DNA of 63,630 bases, filler included, from Octopus bimaculoides (lineage: Eukaryota): assembly GCF_001194135.2 (NCBI RefSeq). It is 8 parts of 8 records of this genome, joined end to end, with 100 filler letters (N's around TTAATTAATTAA, not from the genome) between each part and the next. Parts side by side here need not be neighbours in the genome. Positions count along the whole stretch, not along the records: positions 42,891 to 51,862 come from NC_068990.1; positions 51,963 to 53,725 come from NC_069003.1; positions 53,826 to 56,865 come from NC_068988.1; positions 56,966 to 61,739 come from NC_068984.1; 4 more parts are not named here. One strand, 5' to 3'. Below, piece by piece: positions 46,965-61,240 of the stretch. Positions within the stretch are counted from its first letter, which is position 1. Every line of letters starts with the position of its first letter. Below the pieces are notes generated by a model that searched no databases, was not told the DNA's origin, and saw only the letters and a list, made by a program, of their open reading frames with translations. The position numbers were made by a program, and so were the translations under genes.

Positions 46965-47590
46965 CTTTCTTTACTTGTTTCAGTCATTGGACTGCGGCCA
47001 AGATGGGGCACCGCATTGAAGGGTTTAATCCTGTGGTTCTCAACCATTTTTTGCCTGTGGACTCCACTGGACTTCCATAGTAATTTCGTTTGTATGAAAA
47101 ACATCCTACTGTATTTTTATAATTGAATATTATTAGGAATTTCGTAAAAAAAATGAAATATGTTGTGTATTGTACAAATATAACCAATTTATTGCCGATA
47201 AATTTTAACTAGAAGATATCTTATATGGACCTCCAAGGGCCATATGGACTCCGGTCAGGAACCCCTGCTTTACTCGAACAAATCGACAGACACCAGTACT
47301 TAGTTTTAAAAACTTGGTACCTATTCTATCGGTTTCTTTTGCTGAACCACTACGGGAATGTAAACACACCGACACCAGTTGTCATGCACTGAGGCTGATA
47401 AATATAACACACACACATACACATGATGGGAGTCTTTCAGATTCCGTCAACCAAATCCACCCAAAATGCTTTGCTCGGTTCGGGGCAATAATAGAAGATA
47501 TTAACCCAAGGTGCCATGAAGCAGGACTGAATCCAAGACCCAACGGTTGCAAAACAGGTTTCTTAACCACACAGCCATGACTGCACCTAT
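46965..47590 (-). mobile_element. SINE family B interrupted by the hAT-like MITE
   Basis: Tail at 46965-47030; the remainder at 47276-47590. Confidence 0.65.
47031..47267. mobile_element. hAT-like MITE inserted in a family-B SINE
   Basis: Termini CTGTGGTTCTCAACC and GGTCAGGAACCCCTG; 8-bp flanks GTTTAATC and CTTTACTC (6/8); the SINE sequence resumes after it. Confidence 0.6.
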
Positions 47591-48517
47591 ACATATAACT
47601 ATGTTATCAGACGCATGTCTTTTGTTTTTAAGACTATAGGATTTGAGTTGAGGGTTACTTGGGAAATACATCAGGAAAATCGAGAGATCACGTAGAAGTA
47701 GGTTCATATTTTGGTTGCTTTTGTAGGATAGTGTAAGACAATAACTTGCGATGTACAATTAAATATCAGCTTTTCAAATGGGTTGATGAATAACAATATG
47801 TCTGGTTGTCACCNNNNNNNNNNNNNNNNNNNNNNNNNNNNNNNNNNNNNNNNNNNNNNNNNNNNNNNNNNNNNNNNNNNNNNNNNNNNNNNNNNNNNNN
47901 NNNNNNNNNNNNNNNNNNNNNNNNNNNNNNNNNNNNNNNNNNNNNNNNNNNNNNNNNNNNNNNNNNNNNNNNNNNNNNNNNNNNNNNNNNNNNNNNNNNN
48001 NNNNNNNNNNNNNNNNNNNNNNNNNNNNNNNNNNNNNNNNNNNNNNNNNNNNNNNNNNNNNNNNNNNNNNNNNNNNNNNNNNNNNNNNNNNNNNNNNNNN
48101 NNNNNNNNNNNNNNNNNNNNNNNNNNNNNNNNNNNNNNNNNNNNNNNNNNNNNNNNNNNNNNNNNNNNNNNNNNNNNNNNNNNNNNNNNNNNNNNNNNNN
48201 NNNNNNNNNNNNNNNNNNNNNNNNNNNNNNNNNNNNNNNNNNNNNNNNNNNNNNNNNNNNNNNNNNNNNNNNNNNNNNNNNNNNNNNNNNNNNNNNNNNN
48301 NNNNNNNNNNNNNNNNNNNNNNNNNNNNNNNNNNNNNNNNNNNNNNNNNNNNNNNNNNNNNNNNNNNNNNNNNNNNNNNNNNNNNNNNNNNNNNNNNNNN
48401 NNNNNNNNNNNNNNNNNNNNNNNNNNNNNNNNNNNNNNNNNNNNNNNNNNNNNNNNNNNNNATATCAATACTATCTAATTTTATGTTTTCTATTTTATGA
48501 ATATGTATGAAACAGAG

Positions 48518-48887
48518 GGAGGCGCAATGGCCCAGTGGTTAGGACAGCGGACTCGCGGTCATAGGATTGCGGTTTCGATTCCCAGACAGGGCGTTGTGAG
48601 TGTTTATTGACCTAAAACACCTAAAGCTCCACGAGGCTCCGGCAGGGGACGATGGTGAACCTTGCTGTACTCTTTCACCATAACTTTCTCTCACTCTTAC
48701 TTCCTGTTTCTGTTGTGCCTGTAATTCAAAGGGTCAGCCTTGTCACGCTGAATATCCCCGAGAACTACGTTAAGGGTATACGTGTCTGTGGAGTACTCAG
48801 CCACTTGCACGTTAATTTCACGAGCAGGCTGTTCCGTTGATTGGATCGACTGGAACCATCGACGTCGTAAGCGACGGAGTGCCAACA
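48518..48887 (+). mobile_element. Full-length tRNA-derived SINE (family C), TSD ATGAAACAGAG
   Basis: TSD at 48507-48517 and 48888-48898. Confidence 0.9.
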
Positions 48888-48994
48888 ATGAAACAGAGAT
48901 ATGAGAATTGTATGTGTGTTACATACATACACACACGTACATACGTACACACACACACACACACACACACATACATACATACATGAATACATAG

Positions 48995-49103
48995 TTGAGG
49001 TGCGTGCTTAGTGGTTAGGGTGTTGGCTTCATGATCGTAAGATTGTGGTTTCGATTCTTGGACCTGGCGATGCTTTGAGTTCTTGAGCAAAACACTTCAT
49101 TTC
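48995..49103 (+). mobile_element. SINE 5' part (D-type head), cut by a gap
   Basis: TAGTGGTTAGGG..GGTTTCGATTC..TTCTTGAGCAAAACAC. Confidence 0.6.
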
Positions 49104-49516
49104 NNNNNNNNNNNNNNNNNNNNNNNNNNNNNNNNNNNNNNNNNNNNNNNNNNNNNNNNNNNNNNNNNNNNNNNNNNNNNNNNNNNNNNNNNNNNNNNNN
49201 NNNNNNNNNNNNNNNNNNNNNNNNNNNNNNNNNNNNNNNNNNNNNNNNNNNNNNNNNNNNNNNNNNNNNNNNNNNNNNNNNNNNNNNNNNNNNNNNNNNN
49301 NNNNNNNNNNNNNNNNNNNNNNNNNNNNNNNNNNNNNNNNNNNNNNNNNNNNNNNNNNNNNNNNNNNNNNNNNNNNNNNNNNNNNNNNNNNNNNNNNNNN
49401 NNNNNNNNNNNNNNNNNNNNNNNNNNNNNNNNNNNNNNNNNNNNNNNNNNNNNNNNNNNNNNNNNNNNNNNNNNNNNNNNNNNNNNNNNNNNNNNNNNNN
49501 NNNNNNNNNNNNNNNN

Positions 49517-49750
49517 ATATGTTTTTAGTAAATCCCCCAAAACGAAGAACAAACAAAAAAACAACAACAACGTGAAGACGTGGTACATGTAAAGTATAAG
49601 CAAATGTTCAGGGAAGGAAAGAGAGGGGGGTTTTACGTTTCGAGCAAAGTTCTTCTTCAGAAACAGGAGATAGAGGAAAGTTCAAGAGAAAAGGAAGACG
49701 GAGGAAAGAATCGCTAACGATTTACATGTGGTTACATTTTGAAATCACCA
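49517..49750 (-). mobile_element. Penelope-like terminal repeat fragment
   Basis: Purine-rich segment with the same layout as the 42.9 and 61.1 kb repeats and a canonical hammerhead core. Confidence 0.4.
49630..49664 (-). ncRNA. Minimal type I hammerhead ribozyme motif (second family)
   Basis: Reverse complement: GTTT-CTGAAGA-A-GAAC(ttt)GCTC-GAAA-CGT-A|AAAC; stem I GTTT/AAAC, stem II with one mismatch, ACGT palindrome. Confidence 0.55.
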
Positions 49751-50789
49751 TGTATGTATGTATGTATGCATGAATTCGTTACTAGAGACGGAATCAGTAT
49801 TAAAAATAAATAATCAGTATTAAAAATAAATAATATCGTTGAACGCCTGTTAAAATGGGGAATTTATATCGAGAAAGTATCATTTATAGGCGTATAGTGT
49901 TAAAAAGCACAGAAATATAAAGCTGGTAAAAATCATCCAACAGCGTCGGTGTTATTGCTAAATACATATTTCGCAGTCTATCGAGTTTTTAATTAATTTT
50001 TAGTAATTCAAATTTGGGAGTCGATTCTGTTATTCTTAAAACTAAGCTCTTGTTAGTTTTCTTTCATTTAGCGAAACCCATTCTCTAAAGTATGTTAGTG
50101 TTGATCTTATCGTGTTTTGGCCGCAAAAAAAAGTCATCAGATTATGTGGATCATTTTACATATAGATTTAGCAGACATTCTTGCTGTTTTACCAATAATC
50201 AACTCTGATCAAGTGAATCCATGATCAAAGTCACACCGTCTATAACTTGCTTTATCCAATATGAGCCCCTCTTTTTTAAAGATGGCCTGTTGTGCTTTAC
50301 AGGAGATTTGATTGTTATTTCTTGCATTTCGAACGGGTACGGGTCATTCCAATGTACGAAAAGCTGCTCCGTTGAAAGAAATTCTGAAATGGATAAGAAT
50401 ACTGAGAGTTACTAATGGATAGAATTACATCTCAGGATAACTCATTTTTGCCAGCTAAGTGGATTGGAGCAACGTGAAATGAAGTGTTTTGATCAAGAAC
50501 ACAACACATCGCCTGGTCCAGGAATCTGAAATGGATAGGATTACTAAGAGTTACGATTTTCTAAAACACCTTTGGCGCTGTAGGATTAAGAAAAGGTGAA
50601 CTGCAATAACAATAGAAATTACTGTAACAACAATATATATAAGGTAATGAAACAAGAAAATAAATTATATCTGACACGGAGTATAAGACAAATATATCTC
50701 CCATGGGCCATCTTTATCTTCAACTTACCGTGGATGTTATGTTAGAGGCAGAAGCAAGCTGGAGATAAGGATTACCATTTGGTATTAAT

Positions 50790-51010
50790 ATTGCTTCGTT
50801 AGCACACTGCGCGAAATGCTTAGCGGTATTTCGTCTGCTGTTACGTTCGGAGTTCAAATTCCGCCGAGGTCGACTTTGCCTTTCATACTTTTGGGATCGA
50901 TTAAATAAGTACCAGTTACGCACTGGCGTCGATACAATCGACTCAATCCCTTTGTCTGTCTTTGTTTGTCCCCTCTATGTTTATTCTCCTGTGGGCAATA
51001 AAGAAATAAA
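50790..51010 (+). mobile_element. SINE family A with an alternative 3' tail
   Basis: GGAGTTCAAATTCCGCCGAGGTCGACTTTGCCTTTCAT...AAGTACCAG. Confidence 0.7.
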
Positions 51011-51830
51011 TATTGCTTCTATCGTTATTAATTATCGCTTACGAGATTATAAAGCTATTGAGTCTGTCAATTCTGAAAGGGTGAACAACAACTAATACAG
51101 GATTTGGAGATATAAAACTAAATCTTGCAAGACATTTATTTCACAGTCCTACTGTTTTTTCCACGTCACACCTTTCATTGGAATATGTTCTGGGAGTTGG
51201 GTATGATAGATTAAATCAACGCCATTCCTTGACTAGTACCAAATTCTTCGAGTTCAGTGAGACGATGGTCAAAGAAATACAAGAAAGAAATCAGTAGAAA
51301 ATATTGCAAGACGAACGCTCTATAGTTTGGGCCAGCTTTCATCATTGAGATAAATATCGCTTTTTTAACTAATTGATTTAATTGACCGATTGAACTGTAT
51401 AACAAATATCGGTTGAGTTTCTATCGAAAAAGACTTCAAAAAGATTTGACATCTCTGTTCCAATGATCCTTTGTTAGATGAAATGTGCCAAAATTATGAA
51501 TGTAAAACAGTATATGAAAAACTCGTGTGAGATCGATCTAATTATTGCTTGCAGCCACTGGTACAGACAATGTTTTAGATGAGAAAGAAAGAGAAATACT
51601 TTTAATTAAGATGAAAATGGTATTTGTTGCATATTTTCAATGAAGAAATGGATTCCAGGCGATAAGCAGATTTCGATTTCCATGTCAATTGTCTCATCTA
51701 TTCAGTTGAAACTTCAATATTTCGATTTTGTCTTATTGATCTGATAATTATGAAGACTACAATAACTTCGATTATGTATTGCTGTGTCTTTCAAAACGCG
51801 AAAAGAAGAAAGGTTGAGAAAGAGAAGAGA

Positions 51831-51862
<32 letters not shown>

Positions 51863-52033
51863 NNNNNNNNNNNNNNNNNNNNNNNNNNNNNNNNNNNNNN
51901 NNNNNNTTAATTAATTAANNNNNNNNNNNNNNNNNNNNNNNNNNNNNNNNNNNNNNNNNNNNATATATATATACCTGTACACATGTACGCACATATATAC
52001 ACGCATATATATATATATATATACAAACACAAG

Positions 52034-52083
<50 letters not shown>

Positions 52084-52209
52084 ATGTATGTATGTATGTA
52101 TGTATGCATGTATATATGCATCAAGGTTTCGTTCTCATTATTGTACGTCTAATCTTTGTGTGTTGAGGTTGCCCACGTGTCCAATAATAAAATCCTTATT
52201 ACCATCGCC

Positions 52210-53260
<1,051 letters not shown>

Positions 53261-53599
53261 TTATGGACGGTATGAATTCAATAATGACGAACAGCGCTGT
53301 ACTAAAACCCTGCACACTACAGATGGTCACCGTCTCTATACAATCAAGCTATCATTTCCTTTTTTAAAACATATGAAAGCCATAAACTGCCTTTTACTTT
53401 CAACCTAGCTGCTTACTACATTGTCTCTAGCTGACTGGCTTGCAGGCTGGCTGACTGGCAGACAGGCCGGTTCACTGCCTGCCTATCTGGCTTTCAAGCT
53501 TTCAGGCTTTTGATTTTGTCGTTTTGTTTTGTCTCTCCTATATTTTTTCATCTCTCTCTTATGTAATATATTTTAGAGAAAAACTAGAACAAAATAATG

Positions 53600-53670
<71 letters not shown>

Positions 53671-53920
53671 TAATTCGTTTTATTGGCCACAAGGGCTAAT
53701 ATCAATTAAAAACATATAAGGACAANNNNNNNNNNNNNNNNNNNNNNNNNNNNNNNNNNNNNNNNNNNNTTAATTAATTAANNNNNNNNNNNNNNNNNNN
53801 NNNNNNNNNNNNNNNNNNNNNNNNNTATTTTTTTGATTTTGATCACCTATCCTTTTGAGATACGATATTCGGGTGCCTACGCATAAGTACCATATTCAAC
53901 CTTGAATCTATATCTAAACC

Positions 53921-53953
<33 letters not shown>

Positions 53954-53957
<4 letters not shown>

Positions 53958-54161
53958 AGGGTATGGTGAAAGGTTCCAGGCTTTAAGGGTATCACGAAAC
54001 GCCTGGTTGGAGGTCCAACCTTCCGAGTTATTTTACAGGAGTTAGAAAGACGAAAGGACCGATGTAATAAGTGTGTGAAGCTGAGAGTGGTATATGTTAA
54101 TGTGAATAAAATTATAACTAACTGATCCTCCTGCGTTTTCTTCCTCCCGAAGCCGGGAACT
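53954..54161. mobile_element. Mariner-like MITE, right end lost in a microsatellite
   Basis: TA-CAAGGGTATGGTGAAAGGTTCCAGGCTT at the left end; partial inverted AAGCCGGGAACTT at the right end. Confidence 0.4.
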
Positions 54162-54258
<97 letters not shown>

Positions 54259-56803
54259 AGAGGACGAGGCGGAAAGAAATGCGGGTCTTGATTGTCCCTT
54301 GAGTAACTTTGATTAAGAAAACATTTGACCCGTCCAGTAATGACCATCTGCTTTAGCACCACCTTATCCAATGTGATTTCCCAGACATTTCTTGGAAGAC
54401 AAGTTAGCGCATAAATGCTTCCTCTGAAAGCCAAGTAATTTTTTCATTAAGACGAATAAATAAATAAAAATTCGATGCAATCATATTTTTCGTGTATATT
54501 AGTATTCAAAGTAAGGCTACCATGGTGCTAGAGTAGATGGACCTAGCCGGGATGTCTATGATGAAACGCGTTCACAACCAATGTTGATTTAGGATAATGC
54601 AAAATAGAATTCTTATGGTATCCTCATTTGCATTTGATCAAAATATTCTCATTGGGTTTAGTGTTGTTGTTTTTTGTTGATCTTGCTATTTATTAATACT
54701 TTTATCTTATCAAGAACTTTTGCGTTTTGTTTTGTTCTATGGGGATTTTGATACTGAGAACAACTCATTTAATCATGTCATCGCTGAAGATTAACAGTAG
54801 CTCAAATGTTCAGTTTGCAAACCTTTCAAGGATGGTGGACAGATAGAAGAGTGGAACAGATCGGAAACCTCTGTTTGAATTTTGTCACAGACTCTGCTAA
54901 AGGCAGCGCAGTTGTGAGATGGTGGAGTTAAACCGGGATGCAGATTAAATCTACCACTTAAAAGCAGGTACAAGTCACCGTCTCATGGGCTTCGGCACAG
55001 TTTCTATCTTACCCAGTTTCAATCACAAGGATTTGGTGAGCCCTCAGCTATAATAAAAGATACTTGCCTAAGTTACCGTGATATATGATCGAACTTATTA
55101 CAGAGGGATTGCAAAGTGAAGTTCTTAACAATGCTTGCAATTATTAAAAATACAAGCGCTTCTTAATAGATTCACAAATTAAGCGTGTAACAATCACCAT
55201 TGAAAGGTTGTCTCTGATTTGACAACCATGCTTAGTTTTGACTGTTTCACACTTAATACTGTTAATACAACGGAAGTTATCAATGAATTGTTCGGCGACA
55301 TATCATAATTTTATATGTCGAACAATCAGTTTTAGTATGTAACCTTTATCACTTCAATCATAAGACCGGATTTGTTTAATGTGTTACAGATAACTTGATA
55401 TTGAAGCATCATTTTATCGTTCTGTGACATGAGGAATACAGCTTAATACCCATAGTATTAATGACATTCCTAAAAATCTGTTAAAGTAATAATTTTCTCT
55501 CAAGTGTTAATCTTGGTCTCTAAATTGGAGTCATAGATTATCCAGAAACCTGTGTTACGAATTTTAAATCAGGTTTGTCTCCTGAAAGTATTATATGAGA
55601 TGCAATATCTGAAAGCTGTTTGAGATATTTGACACCTAACTTTTGTAATGTCCTTATATTTTGTTAGAAAACATTATTGACTGCATTCCTTTCTCTTCTG
55701 TTTCACACAGCACAAAAACACAAACACAAGTATATGAACACATAGATGTCGAATGTGTTGTGCAAGTGAGTGCAGAAAGTTTAAACATCGTATAACTAAT
55801 TATTATCTCGGAATGTTACCAAAATGCAATTTTCAAACGGAATAGGTGATATACTTTTATTGAACTGAGAAAACATTTTCTTATATATAAATGATAAAGA
55901 CAGAAGTAAGGTTGATATCATTGCAATTGGATCTGATTTGACAATAATGAAATCAATTACACCGTTGTTATTAGAAAGGTTTCTAACATATGTACAAGAT
56001 AAAACATTTTGTGGTGTTGAGAGTGGATTAGTAAAGTTGACCAACTAAAGTACTTGTGTGGTGCATATTTGTTTAAAGTGGATTAGAGAAACTTGTCCAG
56101 TTGAAGAACTCTTAGATCATGTACTTCACAGGCTAATGAGGCGCTAAACAGATACAATATTAGATTTCGTAAAGATAATCTCTGTGACACACAGAGAACC
56201 CAGCAATGACAGAAGATTGGTAAGTGCTTAGAGTGTTATATTAGTTAAGCTGAGAAATTATCGAAGTTCGGGTGCAAGCTAAACAAGGTATTTGGACTCA
56301 CAATGTCACAAGAAAATATATTTAATGCATGACGGCTTCTATCAACAGCCACTCGCCATTTAGAAACCCAGTTATATATATACAAGTAGAAAGGCAGATG
56401 AACACAAGTAGACTTAATGAGTATGTTTCGATGTAATTTACGAAAGTAAGAATACAAAATAAACAAGAGTTATATAATAGTCTTACCGCGACAACTGTTT
56501 CAGTTGCACCATGGTCTACGCCGTAATCACGTTCATAACATAATAAAGATCCATAATGTCATAGATGTAGAGAATAACACAAGTACGTACGCATCTGTTA
56601 GACAAGGCCAGAGCATCATCATTGGAAGAATGTAGCTAAAAGCACACACACATACACCCATGCACATACATACACATATATAACACTATACTCTTGCAAT
56701 CGTACTCTAACCGGTAGACTACATGCGCCTTCACACACCAGCACACATACACATACATACATACATACATACACATACACGCGCATACACATACATGCAT
56801 GCA

Positions 56804-56865
<62 letters not shown>

Positions 56866-59835
56866 NNNNNNNNNNNNNNNNNNNNNNNNNNNNNNNNNNN
56901 NNNNNNNNNTTAATTAATTAANNNNNNNNNNNNNNNNNNNNNNNNNNNNNNNNNNNNNNNNNNNNATTTCATCTTTATTACATTTCACTTATGATTTTTA
57001 GACTTTTTAAGGGAGAGTGAGGATGGGAAAGTACTGACGTTTCGAAGAGAGAGAGAAATACAAACAATACACCTATTTCAGGCTCATCTTTACAGAGCCA
57101 TTTTTTATTCCCTGCTTATTCTAGGTCATACGAGGGTGATTGCATATTCAGAATCTCCCATATGTAAATTGTAGGAATACGAAAATTTATTTACTGAAAA
57201 ATTGCCGGGGGTGGGGAGAAATTCATTGCATGCCCAACCCCGGAAGTCACCGCACGCCACTGCTCCATATACTCATGAGGTGGGAGGACAGACGAAGGCT
57301 AATGAGGACACGCAAATTTCTTAGAACAATGACAAAAACAATGATTATAAAGATGGCAAGGTAATGTAAGCTTCCTGCAAAGAAGACATTCTGTAACCTT
57401 TAGGAAGAACCAATATCTTATAAAGCAGAACCAATATCCTACGAAGTTTAAACCAGCTCCTTCTCTGAACAAGTGAAATTCACAGCCGCTTACAAGAATA
57501 ACAAATACCGATCGATCTGTTCGATTAAACTTTTGAAGGTAGTTCTCCAGCATGACCTCAGTTCAATGACTGAAACAAATAAAAGATAAGAGATAAAAGA
57601 AAGATTATACACAAGGAATATCCGGACAAAGTAGTGATCCAGAGGGAAATAAGATCATATTGTAAACAACATAAAATAGGAAAATTTTACTGTAGCCCAC
57701 TCATATCTAGAAAGACGTTCCCAGACGCCAGTATAGTATACAAACCTGAAAATACTTGAGATAAATTTATTGCAGTCAGCACAGAGATGGAAAGAGATTC
57801 CGAGACGCTAATATAATATGTAACTTGAAAATATTTGAGATAATTTTACTGTAGTCCACACAGAGATAGAAGGATGCAGTTATATATTTCTACATTATTC
57901 CATTTACGTGGAAATTTTATGTCAATCTCTCTTTCTTTCTTGCTGCTATAATTTTATCACATGGTCTCGTGTGAGTTCAGTACGATCTCCAGATGTCCAA
58001 GATACCAAACGTTTTTTTAGAAGTACGTAAGGTAAAATCAAGTGACAGCCATACGTTCCCTATCACCATGAGAATAACTACAACTAAAAATTGAAACTAG
58101 ATCGCGAGCCTAAGATGTTACTGTTGCGTTAGTGTTTTCACCACTAATTACAAAATTATAGCCATAGCATGCATATGTAATAGAAATATAATGTTTAGTA
58201 TTTCTAATCCCCTATTGACACTAATTGACCTACTCAGAACTCTTTGAGATATTAACCCTTCCTGAACATTACTACAACCAGCGCAGCACTTGTAATTACT
58301 GATATCTCAGCCATTTTATCTGGAAATGTTGTTAGCAATTTGCAAACGTGAAAAGACGGACATAAAGTATATAACATATATAAAAGATACCATTTTTGTG
58401 TGGTTTTGCTTCGTTCGAAATGTTGCGTTTTGCCGATTATCCTAACTTGAAAGGGGTTACGATCAAGTAAATTGGCTTAGATCTAGTTAACTTGGGATAT
58501 CTTTCTCCTTTTTTTTTTTATTTCCTTTATACGCCCAACACATTGGAAGCTAACTGCCATTATGATGCTTGAGGATTCTTTTTACGACCTTCAAATAAAC
58601 CAGATACTCTGAAATTATCGTTATTCTGGATTCCAATAAATGAACCAATAGTTTCTAACCCAATATTAACGCCAGCGAGTGATGTCAGACAGTCTTGTAG
58701 CCAATACAGTGTGCATGAAAATGCAGTGTGTGTGTGTGTGTGTGCGCGCGCGCGTCCGTGCGCGCGTGTTTGTGTGTGTGTGTGTATGCCCACACATAAA
58801 CAAACACGCTCGCTCGCATGTTTTCAGATCTCACTTCCTCTTTCAAGATTAAACCAGCTCTAGGTAGAGCCTTGTCTGTGATTACCTTACTACTATTATT
58901 GATGATGATGATGATGATGATAGTAGTAATAGCAGTAATTGTTGTTGATGTTGTTGATGTTGTTGTTGTTGTCGTCGTCGTCGTCGTTGATATTATTGTT
59001 GTTGTTTCAGCAATGAAAATGTCTGAGCTAACGCGTGCACCTTTCAAATCTCCAGGAGAAATACATCAAACTAAAAGTAGTCTAGCCAAGAAAATGGAGA
59101 AAAATTGAACCAAACAACATCAAAAAGTAATTATAAATAAATAAAAAGAAACAAGACTGAGTAGTAAATTACACAGAAATCTTTGACAAGAAGAATGTCG
59201 TGTCAACAGGAAGTTGAGTTTTCAAATATACGGCTTGTAACAACAATATTGTTTTAAAAAACATCAGATGTTTCAGAGCAAAGTTGAGTAAATCTAAAAA
59301 TCTTAATAAATGAAACAATTCTTGAGAAGAGTTTCTACGACATTATCCTCAAAAAATATATATTAAATATTACATTTTTTAACAAGCTCGCTGGCAAATC
59401 ACACCCGTGCCTCTTTTGGCAATGATTTTCTATATATCGGCTGGCGGGGAACTGAGTCGCTGCTATCTCCAGCGGTCGAGCGTTTATTCCTAAAGAGACC
59501 AAGGAAAGACAAAACCACGTGATCTGGTGGTCTCGGTAAGCGATGTAAACAAGCGAACATTTTACACCTAAAGTCTCTCTTATGGTATCTACTGCAGTAA
59601 AGTTTGCTCTAACAAAACACCCACGTTTAAGTGGGAATAAATATTATCCTCAAAATGTTTGATGTTAATAATTTTTTTTCACTTTTTTCTATGGCATAAT
59701 GTCTGAAAGTTTGGGAGGAGGGGGAAAGTTGAGTACAACGTACCCAATGCTCGAACGGTACTTATTTTATCGACCCCGAACGAAAGGAGAGGGGAGTCGA
59801 CCTAGATGGAATTTGAACTCGGAATGTAACCGACT

Positions 59836-60162
59836 AACTGGCACTCCGTCAGTTACGTCGACGAGAGTCCCAGTTGATCTGATCAACGGAACAGTCTGCT
59901 CGTGAGATTAACATGCAAGTGGCTGAGCACTCCACAGACACGCGTACTCTTCACATATTTCTTAAGGAGATTTAGCATAACGCAGAATGTGATAAGACTG
60001 GCCCTTTGAAATACAGGCACTACTCAGTTTTGCCAGTTGAAAGGACTGAAGCAACGTGAAATAAAGTGTCTTGCTGAAGGTCACGACACGTCACCGGGAA
60101 TCGAACTCATTACCTTACGATCGTGAGCCGAACATCTTAACCCGTAAGCCATGTGCCTTCAC
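59836..60162 (-). mobile_element. tRNA-derived SINE (D-type head, tail shared with family C)
   Basis: GGCACTCCGTC..GATCAACGGAACAG..GCAAGTGGCTGAGCACTCCACAGAC tail; GGGAATCGAACTC B box on the minus strand. Confidence 0.7.
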
Positions 60163-60490
60163 CTAGAACGCAGAGGGAAACGAAATACTGCTATGCACTT
60201 TTCAGTCAATGATATATTTCTGGTTTAGTTTTGCGTTAAAAATCTGCCATGTTACCGATAACATTCCCATTTCCCTCTTCTGTTATATCACTGAAGTTTG
60301 CACGGAGCAACAAGGAGAAAAAGTAAACTAAATGCTTTAACGATCCAATTGATTGAGACATCAGACGTTTGATCAAGCAATTGATTAGTTAATTAGTTAA
60401 CTACTTCACAGATAATAGGTAAAAAATGTGAAATATTAATGATTTTAGATGTTATTGATAAAACGGTCCTCCAGAGTACCACACGTAATG

Positions 60491-60560
<70 letters not shown>

Positions 60561-60984
60561 GGCGCAGGAGTGGCTGTGTGGTAAGTAGCTTTGCATACCA
60601 ACCGCATGGTTCCCGGTTCATTCATACTGCATGGCACCTTGGGCAAGTGTCTTCTACTATAGCCTCGGGCCGACCAAAGCCTTGTGAGTGGATTTGGTAG
60701 ACGGAAACTGAAAGAAGCCCATCGTATATATGTATATATATATACGTATGTGTGTGTAAATGTTTGTGTGTTTGTGTTTGTCCCCCCCCCCAACATCGCT
60801 TGACAACCAATACTTGTGTGTTTACGTCCCCGTAACTTAGCGGTTCGGCAAAAGAGACCGATAGAATAAGTACTAGGCATCCAAAGAATAAGTCCTGGGG
60901 TCGATTTGCTCGACTAAAGGCGGTGCTACAGCATGGCCACAGTCAAATGACTGAAACAAGTAAAAGAGTAAAGAGTAAAAGAGT
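60561..60984 (+). mobile_element. SINE family B, full length, (GTAAAAGA)n-like tail
   Basis: Best-preserved copy in the window. Confidence 0.9.
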
Positions 60985-61019
60985 ATACATATATATATAT
61001 GGGAGAATTCAACAAAAAA

Positions 61020-61240
61020 AAAAAACAAAAGCCGAAGACAGGTGGTATTGACAACAAACAGATGTATTAGTTTAGAGCTCGGGAAGTGAAAAAGTCTAAC
61101 GTTTCGAGCCTACGCTCTTCCACAGAAAGGAACACAGAAAGAAACAAGGAGAGAAAATAAAGAATATGTAGTAGCTAGCGATCTATCATGGCGAATGCCG
61201 CACAGAGGGGTCACACAAGAGAGCTAGGAAGGGGAGATAA
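61020..61240 (-). mobile_element. Penelope-like terminal repeat fragment
   Basis: Homologous to 42891-43010; carries the hammerhead-like motif. Confidence 0.45.
61094..61129 (-). ncRNA. Hammerhead-like motif with variant core (third family)
   Basis: Reverse complement: CTTT-CTGTGGA-A-GAGC(gtag)GCTC-GAAA-CGT-T|AGAC; perfect 4-bp stem II. Confidence 0.4.

Noticed and set aside
54042-54434. 130-aa minus-strand ORF and a possible + exon after the TG repeat
   Set aside because: About a third of the ORF is microsatellite; all three + frames after the AG hit stops within 60 nt.
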